Assembly (NCBI GenBank): GCA_043228905.1
Contig: JBHGNT010000010.1
Span: 16,740,001 to 16,804,000 of the forward strand
DNA length: 64,000 nucleotides
Direction: 5' to 3'
Origin: Azolla caroliniana
Lineage: Eukaryota; Plantae; Polypodiophyta
Below, piece by piece: positions 1-14,890 of this stretch. Position 1 is the stretch's first letter, and the number at the start of each line of letters is the position of its first letter. The notes beneath the pieces are model-generated. The model had not been told where the DNA came from, ran no database searches, and saw only the letters and a program-made list of their open reading frames with translations. The translations under genes and the position numbers were made by a program.

Positions 1-998
1 CAATTTATGGTATATTACAAAACCTACCCCTGGCACTCTGGAATTATCCACATTATACCTCAAGAACAGGGGTAGTATTAATATTTCTGAAACCAAGAGG
101 CACATGATTGATAATTTTCTCTTACAGAAGGGGGTGTTTCTTATATATATATATCAGTGTTTGTCAATGTGAGTGTCACTTGATATGGTGACTGCCCAAA
201 GGCTGGAATCCTTGACCTTCATTAGTTCAAACACCTTGAATTCATCTTTGATATTAATCAATGGGCATTACTGCAACATGTGGTCAACCTACTGACATGC
301 CATCAACTCATTACATATTGTCCGTTTATGTGCAACCTTGCTTACACTTTCTCACTCATATGTTGTAAATATTGCCAGATGATTTAACATAAAGAATTAA
401 CATAGAAAATGTATGTACTAGAGTAGATCCCATTTTGTCAATGACCTTTAATATAAATTTTAAGTTTCGTACAAGCTACCAAGACAATGGAGATGATCAC
501 AAGACATCCTTAATTCACGTTATTGTTACTTCCCTATGGGCCATGCATCCCAACCCAAGCTTGCAATAAGAGTGGGAGATTCTTGCTTGACACCAGTGTT
601 GTCGTGATGTGGCATGGCCAAAGGTAGAAAATGGGAAAAGGAAGAGCGGAAGCGTGTGGAGAAAAAGGGGAGAAATGTGAAAGAGGGAAGAGAAAAGGGG
701 TGTGCTAGTACATGTTAAATCGTGAGTGCATAATAAATGGCGGTGCACAATATTTTATTCTCCTTTCAGTTCATGTAATAGCAGCAAGCATCTGAGACAC
801 CCACATTTTGGGTTGCTAGTTGGTGGGTGTTTTTTCACTCTTCTTTTGTGTTTTGAGCACTATGCTTCTTCTTCTGCGTCCAACACTTTTAGCGAGCTCG
901 TACATCAGTAGGGTAAATGGAGAACATATTGGCCAAACTTTTCAACCACACTCTCAACGACATGTTGAGCTGCATCTCAATTAGTTAGTTTCCTAGTT

Positions 999-1116
999 GA
1001 TGCCCCAATGCCCCATTTTCACATCAAGGAGGATGTTACTAAGTTATATCAAAGTCACGATGCCCCAATGCCCCATTTTCACATCAAGGAGGATGTTACT
1101 AAGTTATATCAAAGTG
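999..1116. repeat. Direct duplication, 60-bp period
   Basis: gatgccccaatgccccattttcacatcaaggaggatgttactaagttatatcaaagt occurs twice. Confidence 0.9.
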
Positions 1117-1882
1117 ACTGTATAGATCAGCACAAGGGGATGGGCTCTAACATGTATTGGTAAGTATGGACTACTTGTTTGAAGGGCTACATATGTAATA
1201 TGATGTCTTGAAAGTTGGTGTTGTGGAGAAAACTTATCATTGGTGAATCTTCACATTTTCATTTTCGAAACCATTTCTTCATCTTGCATTCTTCTAAACT
1301 CAAGTCTTGTTATTAGAACTGACTTTGCTACATATAATCCATCAAAACATAATTAGTGGTCACGTGTACACAAGAAGTCCATATGGTTGCACCATATATG
1401 AAAGCAAGAATGACCACGGTGTAAAACAGCCATACTTCTAACACTAGGCTCCCTATAATTGTATTTGGTGGCATTGTTGTTCTACCATGGTGGAGAGAGA
1501 GAGAGAGAGATCTATTTACAAAATAATGAGGTCTAATTGTACTTTTAACCACATCCAAAGGAACAAGATAAATTGCATTGTCTCGACACTTCAAACAGAA
1601 CACCTAAACTTCTTCTTGATAAGACCATTTTTACAATTTCATCAAAATAATCGCCAGTTTCAACTTTTTCAACCCACATCTACATCATGTAAATAAATTA
1701 GAAGGCTTTTAAATTGAATGATTCTGAATCCTGATAATTATCAATCTACACTAACAAATGAAGAGGGGATTGTGTACAGTTTTATACATTTCTATTCAAC
1801 TTACTGAATGAGGAACTTTTTCCCCAAAATTGTATCAATGAATGAATAAAATATGGATACAATCATTGAAGACTGCTAATTT

Positions 1883-4800
1883 TTACAGAACATCAAAAGA
1901 ATCTTCATCATCCCACTCTATGGAGATCTGTTGAGTTGCACTGAGTAGATCAGTGAGGCCAGTAAGGTCTTCCAAATAAGTTGGATTATTGAAAACACGC
2001 ATAAGGAAATCAAAGCCACTCCGCCGATATTCATCTATAATCTATATTATCAAAACAGATGATGTAATGTGAGGTTTTAATATTTACTGCAAAACATCGA
2101 AACACCCCTAAGGTTTTAGATATTTACCAGGATACCTCTATGTTTTAAAAATGACCCAATCACCCTCTGTAATAGTATAGAGGGATGTTTTTTGGTTATT
2201 TTTGAAACATTAAGGGTATTCTGGTAATTACCCATCAAGTTTGCTCTGTAGAAGTATGTTCTACACTATATGTATCATATATTTGAGAATCACAAGTAAT
2301 GCATACATCAGTTGAGCAAGCTGTGCATTTACTGAAGGCTGTACCAACGATGATCATCTGAGAAAAATTAGCAATGAATCCTCGGATTTGATGAGGTAAA
2401 ATTCCAAGAGGTTGTTCCAGGATAGAGTCAACCTTGTCAGCCGGAGCATTTATCCTGTGAAAAGTAAATGATGAATTTAATTGCTATGTCATGTCACATG
2501 ATAACCACCAAAATCAATTAACTCATCTGAGATGATAGATTTTTCATGGGTCATAAGGTTTTGAGCTCGATTTACGGTTTAGGGAGAGTTTTAGTTATAA
2601 ATCGAATGTGTTTCCCTTTCTACCTATGAAATAATAGGATATTATGAGAAAATAGAAAAACTGCATTATGTATTTAGGTACAAAATGCATATAATATCAG
2701 ATTTGAGTTCTCTTAACATGCATTTTTCCCTGAAGACCATTTTTACTATGAATTACACATGTAATCTAGAAGAAAAGAAACGACGAGTTACTTGCCTCAA
2801 TGGGTGATGCAAAAGAGAGACCGCAAGCTCCACGGCAATTGCAGCAGCAATTGGTGCTGCACCTGGGCGGGTCACTGTGCATTGCTGATCCAGTGTTCGA
2901 TTCACTGTGGACTGCACACATTTCACATGGGAAGTTTCATCAGGAAAAAATTTCAAAGAAAAGAATTGTCATTCACTCTCCCTTTAGTAACGAAAATTAT
3001 TAGGAAAAGGAATGATGAAATGCTGCCATATGTTACAAAAATACAAAAATTTGATCACAAGCTGCGTTTTGGAAGACAAAGAAGGAAATGCCTATTCTTG
3101 TCTTCATATAAACACCAAATTGAGGCAAGCGTTTGAAATTCCAGGACCGTTTCATTAAGTTCTTGCAAATGAATGACCATATTATATTATGTTGAAGAGT
3201 GCAACATATAGATCTAAAAAATAATCTGTTTCCCTTAAACCAAAGGCATGCTTAATAGAGGACTTCTTCTTTCAAATTTGACCATAACGAGGCCTAAATA
3301 TTTTGACAATATTGTAAAATATATTGACAGAAGTTGGGAAGGAATTTTCAATTTTTCAATCTGATTACTCACATCCTCTGGCGCAACAACATCATTGCAG
3401 AAGTAACATCCAAGCCTCGTCTTTCCCGAATTTATGTCAATATTGTCTATACATCCTTCCCTGTTCTCTGAATCAGCATTTTGTATAAAAGGTCCAGCAC
3501 CATGTCGCATAACGAGGTATGTGTCGAAACCTAAGGCAGCATTGATTGCAATCTGAGAAAAACATTCTATATATTTTAGTCATTTCTTTTTAATTGAAAA
3601 ATGCGCATGCATGTTCAAAACAGATTTATTTTACCTTGTTTGCATTTGCACAAAGGAGAGTTGGTAACCAGCGACTTTCTCGAGTATCAGTCAAAAGAAA
3701 AATTATATCATGTTCATCCACAAGCTTGTGCAATTTATCACATGCCTCCATTACATCCATAACTTCACTCTCCGATACACTATGCCCAGGCATGGGTATT
3801 GACAATCCAATTCCAGTAGCATCCTATAAAGAGTGATGTTTTGAAACATATTCAAACAAATATGAAGACATCAAGAAGGAAAAATATACGCAAGTAATGG
3901 AAAAGAGGGATGGTCAACTACCACACCAGGCAGGATACACCTCAAGCTTTCAGCAGCTGCTTCAGCCTTTGCTCTCCCACCATTTAAACAATGATCGAAG
4001 TTATATAGTGATTGACGAACTGGATTTGACATTGCTACATTGCCATAATCAACAAGTGTAATATGCTTGATACCCCATGCCTGATTTTTGTTACATAGTA
4101 CAATCATTAAATTCAATCTAAGATCAACTGGATCGCTTCAAGATCTATAAAAAATGCATACCATAAGACCGCGTGCCACCTGGCAGCCTAGTGTGCCAGC
4201 TCCTAGAAGAAGACACTTTGTTTTGGATAGCAAATCCATATTAAGAGATGGTAGAAGTCTCCATCTCATTAATCTAAGATTTAATCCTGCTGCATCCTGG
4301 GCTAACCTGCAAATTCTTTACTAAGTTAATTCAAGAAAAACTTCAAAGAATCCATGGCAACCTTTCTGGCATGCACCTCATAGGATCCATTGATGAAGCA
4401 AGATCCACCATTTTAGGTACTAATTTAGGTGGTCCCTTCTGTTGAACATTATATTCCCAACCCACAGCTTCCGGCACTTCTGTTTGACCTTTCAAATCTG
4501 TTTATAATCAAATTCCCTAGTATCAAAAAAGTTATGGAGTTGGATACTACAAAATTCTTTGGTGGAGTGATTGCAAACAAAGAAGACTACATCTTCAAGC
4601 AGAAGTTCTACCCTTGCTACAACATAATAGGAAACTCTAAATGCAAATAACAAGAAAATGTTTCCATGGGTTTGCGAGAACTATATATATATGATTTAAA
4701 CCGAGGTGTACATCCAGATCATGGCCGTGCATAATCTTTCCAACCAAAGCAAGCTAATTCCTTTTGCTTCTATCCTTTGATTAATAATACCGCAAGAAAT

Positions 4801-7618
4801 TGACTGATCAATCAAACTAGCAATTCACCTGGGATAATGACATCTCCAATTAGGCAGCGATCAAAATCAGCCTGGCCTTTCTTCTCTCTATAGCAGAAAA
4901 CGCGTATATTTTGACATTGCCACTTTATCGCAGCTAAAATAAGTAAGTTGCGAAGTGGCCATCCAGGAAATTTTAGATCTTGAGATGGGTCATAGAAAGC
5001 TAGCATAACCTGAAACAATTTATTATCAAAGGCTAAGTATACTATTTCTTGTTTCACAGAAGCCTCCATTCAATCTTCCAAACTAACCTTCCCATCTTGT
5101 TGACAATCAGGCCATCCAGTTAATGGCCTCGCCTCTACAGATGAACCATCCATGTGAAGAAGAAAAAATGGGCAGCCTATGATGGTATACCATTGAATCA
5201 GCAATAATGTGTGTTTTCTACAAAAATGATAGGTGAACAGTTGAAGCAACCTAAGCATTATGCAAATGCTGAGAAAGCTCAACGTGAATGTCTCGGAGTT
5301 GTGTCATACATTGCAACACTTAACTTACCTCTAGATTGAGAAGATCCACGCCAACTTAGGCATGCCGTCATGGTGGCTTCAGCCTACAATGCAACATTAG
5401 GAAAATATATAAATCTATAATATGGCCTCAAAACCCTCTCTTCAGTTGATGCAAGTGAGAAATGACTTTGCTTAACATTATTATTTGAAGACAAAGTGAG
5501 TTCAGAAACTTTATATGGCTGCAATAATTATAATTGGATAAATAAGGGAATTTCATGCAGCCAACCAGCTGGAGAAAAATCTAATATTTTGAGAAAATAA
5601 CAAATAAAACAAATCCATTTATTTCTGTGTTTAATTTTCCATCAAGATACTGAAATAAAAAAGAAAGATGAGGAGAGAGAGAAAACATTCAGTACATGAG
5701 AATTTCATCATAAAATGCATCTATTTTCTCAGCTATTACACGAATATAGAACATGCCAAGTCTGCACTGTATATCTTTTATGTGTAGGATAGCATACCAA
5801 ACACATTACACACTTTTACTTAGGCATTGTTCTCTAGGCATACAAAAATTTCCAGTTCTATTACATACATGTCTTGCACAAAAAATTTGCTACATTCCTT
5901 CTCTTACTGATATGCATATTTTGATATACTCAAGTATGTGTATCATGAATTCCATTTCTGGATGACACACTCATGGTATACAATTCAAAAAACGTTGCAT
6001 CAAAACAATTCTTTGATTTTAAGCTACTTTATCAATTTTCTTTACATGAAAATACATGCAAAAATATTTCACTACAGGGATGATGCTCCCAAACCTCAAA
6101 GGACGTTTGAAAGCCCCTTGCAATAGTAATTAAGGGAAGTATTAAACACAATATAGTGGCTGTGGACTTTGTGATCACCCTTTCCTCCCCGAATTCAAGA
6201 GAGATTCTAGCGTACCACACATTTTGAAGTACACACATACATCATTGCAACTTAGAAGACCACAATACATACCTAAACTCTATTGAAGTATTTGGAAGAC
6301 CACACCTGTACATGGTATATTTACCTACATAGTGCATTACCTTTTTACTTCCAGCTTTAAAATTGTAAACTTGATAACAAAGATCGTTCATGCACATGCA
6401 TACATATTATTCATTTGCTGTTTACAAATTTTATTTTTCAATGTGCTATTTTCCTTTTTCTTAGATGGAATAAAATATTGGACGAACCCATTTTAGGATG
6501 GGTTTCCCGTCCTTCTGGCTACATAGCCTTGTGCATATCAAAGATGGTTATGACAAGGGAAAATGTTGTATTTCTAGACCTTCTGGCAACATAGACATGT
6601 GAACATAAAAAATGGTTATGATAAACGAAAATGTAACCTAACAGGTGTAATGACTAAGAAAATATTGCACCTCTTCTCCCTGCAAAACCTGTGAAGCAGG
6701 TTTTAAGTTGATGCACGTGGCTGAAGGCTGTAATACCAAAGCTGGAAATGCAAACCAATAATGGAATTGCCATTTCTTTAGATCAGCAAACGAAATAATG
6801 AAGAATCTATTCAGAAGTGAGCAATCTTCCAAGGCACGCCCTGAGAGTATATCATCCCAGATCTGTTATCAAACAAGATGAAAAGTCCATCAGTATTAAT
6901 AATCAACAACATCGAATAGTTATGAAAGATTCAAGAAGATGCACCTTCTCAGCCTCCTTTTTCATAAGTTCTCTCTTATTAAGAGTGCGAAACTTATCTA
7001 GAGTGTTGGAATTGTATAGTGTTCCAGGCACAAAACATTGGTTTTGGTTGCCATGATTAGAACGAAATTCACTTTGTCCACTAGCCTCTTTTGAAGGAAA
7101 TGACTCACACCGAAGCTGTAAATAGTGCTCATGAGGAGCTGGCGCAAAGAATCCTGCTTAAGCATTAGCACCATGAGAAATGAACGAAGTAATGTTTGAT
7201 ATGCTTAGCAGGGTACTATTATCTGATACATTATATGCCATTAAGAGCTTGATGCGATGGGAAAAGGAACATGTGATCTGTGGTTACACCTCATTCAAAT
7301 CAATATTGATGTTCAGGATATATTGAAGCCTTCACATTTGATTGTAAGCACTCAGTACTTCAATCTAACTGTACCTAATATCAATCTAGCCTTCAAATAA
7401 GCCCATACCCACAGATCATGCATTCTTTGATACATGGTTTGAAGTTGAATTTTGTTGTCACATCATAAAATTAGTATAATACCCTGAATTTGTAGAGGAT
7501 TATCATCAAGATGGAGAGAGTCAAGCTTCATATCTGCCAGAGAGTGCCAGAAACCCTCACTAACACTACTGCTCCATAGACTGAACTTGAGCTTATCACC
7601 AACCAAAGACACAGCCAT
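1883..7618 (-). CDS. ATG7: Autophagy E1-like ubiquitin-like modifier-activating enzyme ATG7, ~692 aa. 14 coding exons: 7483-7618, 6945-7153, 6671-6862, 5329-5383, 5088-5176, 4829-5009, 4377-4497, 4162-4306, 3922-4080, 3635-3823, 3373-3552, 2796-2911, 2307-2454, 1883-2041
   Basis: Spliced frame is continuous (2079 nt). It contains [39 protein letters not shown] (ATP binding), [44 protein letters not shown] (catalytic Cys) and CTACS. Confidence 0.96.
2121..2232. mobile_element. Short palindromic MITE-like element in the last ATG7 intron; weaker relatives near 10-120 and 10245-10395
   Basis: tttaccaggatacctct...caccctct and agagggatg...gggtattctggtaatta form an imperfect hairpin. Confidence 0.45.
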
Positions 7619-7669
7619 CTTTGAGATCAGATCAAAGATACATTAATTTGCTTTTGCTTCTTGGAGTGT

Positions 7670-9736
7670 CTACACATACCATATTAAAAATGACCCCAAG
7701 ATTAAAACACAATTTTGTTTAAAAAATATAAATATCTTTCTAGTAAAATTCTGAAACTCTAATTAGTTCAACAGATAGCCTGACAGTTGTTTTACAGAAA
7801 TTAGCATTTCTATTGGCTGTTTTATAGAAATTAGGGTTTCTATTGGCTGTTTATAGATTTAAAATTTCGGGTTTCTAAAAGTAGAGTTGAGCAACTAGTT
7901 TAGGTTATTTGTTCAAACCTATCAGTATAATGATGGTAGAATTTTCGCATTCCTTATATTAAGCTTTTCAGCAGCAGTACATAGCCATGTCACTATTGTG
8001 GATTGATGTTTCTGGAAATTGTGTTGTAATTGTTGAAACTCAAAAATTTGTTCTTGTGATCTTCTCAGTTTAGTTGTAGTAATAAAAAAAAGCTACCTAG
8101 GGTGATGCCAAGCTTTTTGGAACCAGTCAGTGTGTCATAACAATTGGGTAAAGGTGATGATGGTTTGACATGTTTATCACCACATTTGAAGAACTTCAGG
8201 CATGTTTCAAGGGCAAATCCAAATAACATGTGGTGAACTAATTTCAATGTCAACATCTTTTGGCCATAAACCAAGTGCATTAATGAGTGTTCCATACTAT
8301 GTAGACTATTGACGAACACAATGCCATAGACTATGCGAAAATTGGTGCAAGTATATTGTGAAGTAGAGACAAGAATCAAGATCAAGTTTCGTAAAAGGAT
8401 AGAGTTTAATAGAAATAGGAAGTTGTGTTGGGTTTTGTCCATTCTTTGTAAATATGGATAGACATCTGTATATCAATTTTTAAAAACTTCCACATACACC
8501 TAACATATGAATGCTCTTGTACTACATGTATACATGAAACAATGTTTTCTTCCTCATTACCCTAATATGCTTCACATTACCATGTTATCTTACATAAGCA
8601 AATCTAATTACACTCTCTCTAATATATGTCACTTTACACATATATAGATACACATACAAAGAGAGATTAACATATTTTCCATAGATAGAAGTTAAATTTC
8701 AGCAGCTAATTCTTCAAGACATGTGCCAAATTAGGTTATTTATATGAATTCAAAAGTATTTTTCAAACGTATTTTTTGTAATGCACTAATAATTTTCATC
8801 TATCACTTGGTACTATGATCTATTCAGATATTGCCTTTAGGATTAAAGTGCTGCTATTAGGGACCTGGCCATGCATATGGTTTGAGTTTTAGTACACCAA
8901 TTCATGAATATAATATAATGATATAATAACACATATCGAGAATCTTCATACTTGAAGAATTAAAAAACATCTTAAATCTTACATAAACTTACTTTGTACA
9001 CAATGGTATAACAAAACTTATCTTTTATCTTTGTATTCGAATAACAGAAAACATATCAAATCTGAAATAAGATTTCAGGTATACATAGATTGCATTTAAG
9101 GACAGGCTCAAGGGATTTCGTTTCAGAAAATAAGCAGTGCCCGATTGATGATGATCCTAAGGATCCATGGCCTCTAAATACAGAATTTACACTCCTCAGA
9201 GACAAAACTTTACAATTACTCGAGACATATTTCACCCTCTTAAGATATTAAACTTTGCTGCTAGCCAGCACAAATTCACACTCTTAAAACGAAAATGGAA
9301 TTTATAATTAATCCATAATTTTGGTCGAACAGAAATTAATCAATTTTATTAACAGAGAAAAAAGACCTTGTTGATAGGTTCTAATACAAACTTGACGATA
9401 TTTAAAGATGAAACATTATAACTAATTCAAGAAAAACTCGGACTCTTTAGATATCAATTATTATAATTACTCCACGCATATCTAAACTCTTAACAAATTA
9501 AACTTCAGAACGATATTCTAGTAAGTAATTAAAACTGTTTTAAAGGATCAACCATTTCAAGATGAAGACATAAGGAAAAGGAAGAATGCGGATTACATCA
9601 GATCCACACGAACATAAAGAAAGAAAGAAACGAAGCTAACCAGTAGCAACGAGAAGATAAAAAACGTTGTGCGTTCGTTCGAGCGAGCGACCGTGAGTGT
9701 GTGTGTGTTCTGCAAACCCTAATTCGCAGCAAGTAC
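7670..9736 (-). other. Probable ~2 kb 5'-UTR intron of ATG7
   Basis: CAG|GTACTT donor at 9737/9736 below a CT/CTT-rich leader. Candidate TGTAG acceptor at ~7670, about 50 nt above the ATG. Confidence 0.5.
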
Positions 9737-9825
9737 CTGCAGAAGAAGAGGAGGAAGAAGAAGAAGAAGAAAAAGCAGTACATACATACAGCAAAATCAC
9801 AAAATAATAATAATAGTGGCAATAA

Positions 9826-9852
9826 ATATATATATATATGTATGTATGTATG

Positions 9853-9895
<43 letters not shown>
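9826..9895. repeat. Compound microsatellite (TA)n(TATG)n(GA)n at the ATG7 5' end
   Basis: Directly visible. Confidence 0.9.
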
Positions 9896-9896
<1 letters not shown>

Positions 9897-11512
9897 CAAA
9901 TAAACAAACAAAACTGTAACATGGACATAAGAGAAAAGGGGGGGGGGGGGAGGGTACTCTCCATAATTTTGTAGAAGCTCTCAAGGGTATGCATTCTGTT
10001 AATTATCCAAAACATGTAGAGCATTTGTTCTGTTCTATTCTGTTGTTGTTGTTGCTCTCTAAATGCCCCTTATCGTGTTACGATTTCTCACAACCTACTA
10101 GACCAAACCCCTCGTATGATGGGTGGCTGGTAGCTCTAGCCATGAGCACCCCTAATAGGGGTATCCCCATACAAAACCTACACGGAAACCCCATGAGATG
10201 TATAGACTATCGGTTATCCCCTCATTAGTAGTGTCCAAAATGTTGGGTGTTTTTACCAAAACACCCCTGAGTTTTTAACATAAGAAACTAAGTTTGCAAT
10301 GCTCGTAATGTGTATTCATGTGCTTTTCCGTGAATGTAGGAGAGGGATGTTTCTTGGTAAATAGCCAGAATATTTGTGTGTTTTGGAAAACCTTCGAGGG
10401 AAGTGTGGAGGTTCTTTTGTGTAAATGCACATCAATTTAGGTGTTTCCATGTTTTCTTGATTAAACAATAAGTGTAGATGTCTCAAGAATATCAATTTAT
10501 GGCTATCTCTGGGGAATTAAACGAAATTTTTGTTAGTGTGGCAACTCATTGATACCACAAACATGGGGGAAACACCTTCCTTTCCAATTTGTTTGAAAGT
10601 TATGATTAGATCTAGTCAATTCCAAGATCCAATTAAGATCATGTTGATATGGCAACCAATCAACCACACATCAATCATTGTTGACATGGCATCATTCTTC
10701 ACAATAAATTTTGATCCTATTGTCTTATTACCTGGCATGTTGATGCTACAAGAAATCTATGTGAACAAACAAGCAAAGAAAGTGCAACACATAACAATCA
10801 ATATGAATCAAGTCCAATCAATAGGAGAGACAACCCTCGTCTCGACGCTTAGGTGTCTATATTATGTGAATTGTCTAATTGTTTCCATTTAATTTTATAG
10901 TAGACATTATACAATTGCTAGTGCCCAAATGTTTGATTATGTTAGTTGGGTGGTTGTCTTAATCATCCCCATATAGTTAAGTACATTTCTAACAAAGTTG
11001 TTGTTGTTTGAATCAATTGAACTTAATCACACAAGTTGTGAAGTTATTTTTATGTGGCATGCCCTCACTCTAGTCGACATTATTTACAATAATTATGAGT
11101 GAGAGGTCTACGAGACAATACGTTGCATCTATTACATTCATGAAGTCATTTTGAATTCTACAACAAAATTGTCCTCATTCAGCATGCTCTCATAGAATTG
11201 GTTGAAGATCATATGTATGATGCATTTATGTTGAACGCTCCATAATAACAATAATCTTGCTATTAATATTACCAACATGTCCCTTCAAGTTTCCATGAAA
11301 TTCACAACATTACCCCAAAGTGTTATGGTTGCATTCCAAATGCAAAGAAAACATAGTATTGAAATACAATTAAGACAATTTTGGGGCAATCTCTCGAGCA
11401 TAGCCTTTTTTCTACTGTTATAATTTAAACTTTCTTACGTCGTGTCTCCATCTTGGTATGATTTTCTCTAATTTCAGTTGCTACATTATGCTTATTGTCA
11501 ACACATATGGTT

Positions 11513-11730
11513 TACCATGAACTTCACCGTTGATGCCATATGAATGATTGTGGGGCAATCTTAAGATCCCAACAATAATGCAAGTAATGCCCTTGTTGTC
11601 AATTGCCATATCCCATAACATTACCATGAACTTCACTGTTGATGCAACATGAATGATTGTGAGGCAATCTTAAGATCCCAACACTAATGCAAGTAATACC
11701 CTTCTTGTCAATTGCCATGTCCCTTAACAT
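11513..11730. repeat. Tandem duplication of ~110 bp
   Basis: taccatgaacttcac...caatcttaagatcccaac...gtcaattgccat repeated. Confidence 0.8.
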
Positions 11731-12527
11731 TCAACACCACCAAAGGGCCCTAACTCTATGTCAAAGAGCTTTAATAAATGGCAAATCAAAAAACTCTCAA
11801 ACACTCACTTGCTTCAAGCATTTACCCTTTCTGATTTTAAGAATTGTAATAATCTAACCCCTCCATCACATTTCCCCCCACCCCTTGCCATACCTCAACT
11901 ATTCTACACCTAATGGTGTATACTCACTAGGCTAGAGGAAGATGTCAAGTACTTGGCAACATACACTACACCGAGGTGAATATTGTTAGAGATTGGAGGA
12001 AACAAAGTAATGGGAGAGAATGTGTCGAACCTAGGCAAGGGTCTTTCTCCTCATAATGTGAAATTGAACATTCCTCAGAGGTGGTTGTTTCCATCCCAAT
12101 TATTAAGCTAATTGGATATGTCAAAGCATCCCTCACACCTATGATGTCCTCGAAAACATGCTCAGAGCTTTACTTTCCGTGTCACCTAAGGGAGTTTTTA
12201 TTCAACCATTCCTTCCATGCACCAGGAACCATGCCCGAGCCAATATAGTGGGGATCAAGTTTTAAAAATTTATATATTAACCCAAAACAGATAAATTCAT
12301 CCACATTATCATCTACACAATAGCCATACACAAATCCTAAGACTATACAAATTCAATGCATGAAATTAAATTGATGTAGAAAATCTCTTTTAAGAGCAAC
12401 TCCGATGTTTACAATTATATTCTGAGACTCATAAGCAGTATAGATATCAGATAGTAGCTACTAGCTTATCATTTCTCTGGTTAAAATTTCAAAGTAAATT
12501 CTACAGAAATTCGGAGTAGAGTAAACA

Positions 12528-14312
12528 CTATCCTGATCCAACTATAATGTTGTTGATGGGGATGAATATCAATTTAACAAAGAAACCAACAAATCCCATG
12601 ACCACGAACCCGATTGCAGTTCTGAAAGCAACCTTTGTGAACTCTGCACATTAAAAACAAAACCCATGAGAGCCTGAACTTTGATTGTAATTCGCAGGAG
12701 ATGACCAGAAGAAAACATTTACATACACATAAGACCTAAAAAAACTAAAACACACAAAAAGAAATCCACATAAGCGAGCAATCCATAAAACATGTAAAAA
12801 CAGAATCCACGAAAGCCAGCACTTTATGCTGTCAATCTGTTTGCATGGCCAAGAGGTGAAAACTTGGAATGCGAGAAATTTGTCTATCACTCATCAGGAG
12901 TAAGGAAAACCACATAACCCCCGATGCAAGCAGAATTTCAATTTTCCGCTTCATTTCAACCAAAAGCCACTCGTGTGATCTATATAATTAATATACTGTG
13001 GCATATAAAACCTGATGTGCTCACATGCATAGTTCCCATATAACCAAAGAAAGTCTATCCGAGTAGCCACAACTATCCATACTTAGGAGTCGGCAACGGC
13101 TCAGTTCAAGCCTGAACCGAGCCATTAAACCGTTTTAAATGGTTTGGCGTTTTGGTTCACTTCGGTTTTGGCTTGAGTTCCTTAACTCGGTTTATGATGG
13201 CTGGAACCGTTTTGGGCTAAACCTGTTCCCAAACCGATTAAGGCTAATTGGTTTGGCTAAACCGGGGATAATTCCCAAAATGTAAGTCCCAGAGCACCAG
13301 AACTCCCAAATGTGGTTCCTGTGTTCCCAGATCTCCCGATTACAATCACACTATATTAAAACATAGAATAGCATACTTTTTCCAACTTAAAAATAAATAA
13401 AGACCAGAAGCATGTTACATCAAATTCAGAAACAAGACTCTCAGTTTAATCTACAGTGAAACTAAAATAAAATCCAAGAAAACAAATCAACATTAGATCC
13501 AGAAAGAGATTCGGGATCGAAGAAATATAAGAAGAATTGAAGAGCAAAAAACTGAATTTATTCCTATATTGAGACTAAGACAAAATCCAAGACCACAAAT
13601 CAAACTTATGAGCAGGAAAAAACTCATCTCATGTCTGCTTAAGATCGCATCTCAACTAAAAGATATGTCCAACATATCAAACAGAAATGCATACGACCAG
13701 GTCAAAAAGATACCTAAATTTCTTACTTTGCAATGTAGACCTGGACCTAGACCTACATCTAAGGAGTATTCCAGGAAAAACTCCTGATTATAGGAGAGAT
13801 CTATGAGGAAATTAAAAAAGAGAAGAAACAATAAGCTTAGTTTTACACCCAATTGTGTACATAGATTTCGAATGTGTTATATGTGTGCCAAACTCTAAGA
13901 CAGAGAGAGAGAACAACGCCAATCTTTAGAAAAACAAATCTATGTGTCCACAGAATTCATAGCGGTCTTCTAGAGAAACCAAAGAATAAAGCAGAATGAA
14001 AGAAGACTGAATCTTCCGTCACATGAGAACCCTAGTTTACAAGAAGAAACCAAGCAGATCTAGTACGGAGACAGAAGAGAAAGGAACGAGAAAGAGAAAA
14101 CGGGATGAAAGAAGCTTACCCTCGGAAAGAAAAACCTAAATTCACACAGAAATCAAGGGAGATCTTGTACACGAACAGAAGAAGAGACGATCAGGAAGGA
14201 AGGAAGGAAGGAGCTTACCTTTACGGTCTGGTTTGTGGCACCGTTTCACGAGGCGTATACTGTCTTTAGCGAAGTCTTTGATGGGAGAGATAACGGAATC
14301 GACGGCATCCAT
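12528..14312 (-). CDS. SEC61G: Protein transport protein Sec61 subunit gamma, 69 aa; exons 14219-14312 and 12528-12643
   Basis: [69 protein letters not shown] with a phase-1 GT-AG intron. Confidence 0.97.
13084..13265. mobile_element. Partial AACCG-rich hAT-type MITE in the SEC61G intron
   Basis: ggcaacggctcagttcaagcctgaaccgagcc and aaaccg/cggttt motifs resemble the elements at 16094 and 36596. Confidence 0.45.
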
Positions 14313-14582
14313 GTCTTCCGATCTGTCTGTCTGTCTGTTTTCTTCTTCTTCTTCTTCTTCTTCTTCTTCTCCTTCTCCTTCTCCTGCTTTCTTTGACGCT
14401 TCTTCTCTCTGATTCTGTGTTTTCGTCTTCTGCGTGTGTGCGTTTATATATATATATAGAGAGAGAGAGAGAACAGAGCAGAACAGAGCAGACAGCGTTT
14501 GCCCTAATTCCAAACGATACCCCTCTCCATATGCCTAAATTTCCCCTTAATTCCTGAAATGCCCTCCCTCCCTCAAATTAAA

Positions 14583-14890
14583 AACCGCGTATTCTACGTT
14601 TAGATTCTAGAATACCTTTTACAATACACGTTTTTCATAATTTTTCGCGTATTCTACGTATTTAACGAGTATTTAACATTTCAAAAAAGAAATTAAAATT
14701 TTTGAAAAAAAACTTTAAACTTTTAAGAAGTATTTACGTATATGAAGTATTCTACACGTATTCGAAGTATTTAACATATTTTATCTATATAAATATGTAT
14801 TCTAAGTTTCTTTTTTTTAGTTAGAATACTTGAAGAATACTTAGCATACAGTTATATGTGTATTGTATACTAAGTATTCTTACAACATCG
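14583..14890. repeat. GTATT/AATAC-rich patch, possibly a DNA transposon terminus, next to the SEC61G promoter
   Basis: Many cgtattctacgt/aagtattc units, ending ttcttacaacatcg. Confidence 0.35.

Noticed and set aside
12840-12900. CTGATGA in the SEC61G intron as a hammerhead or C/D snoRNA
   Set aside because: No GAAA core or closing stems, and no convincing D box or terminal stem.
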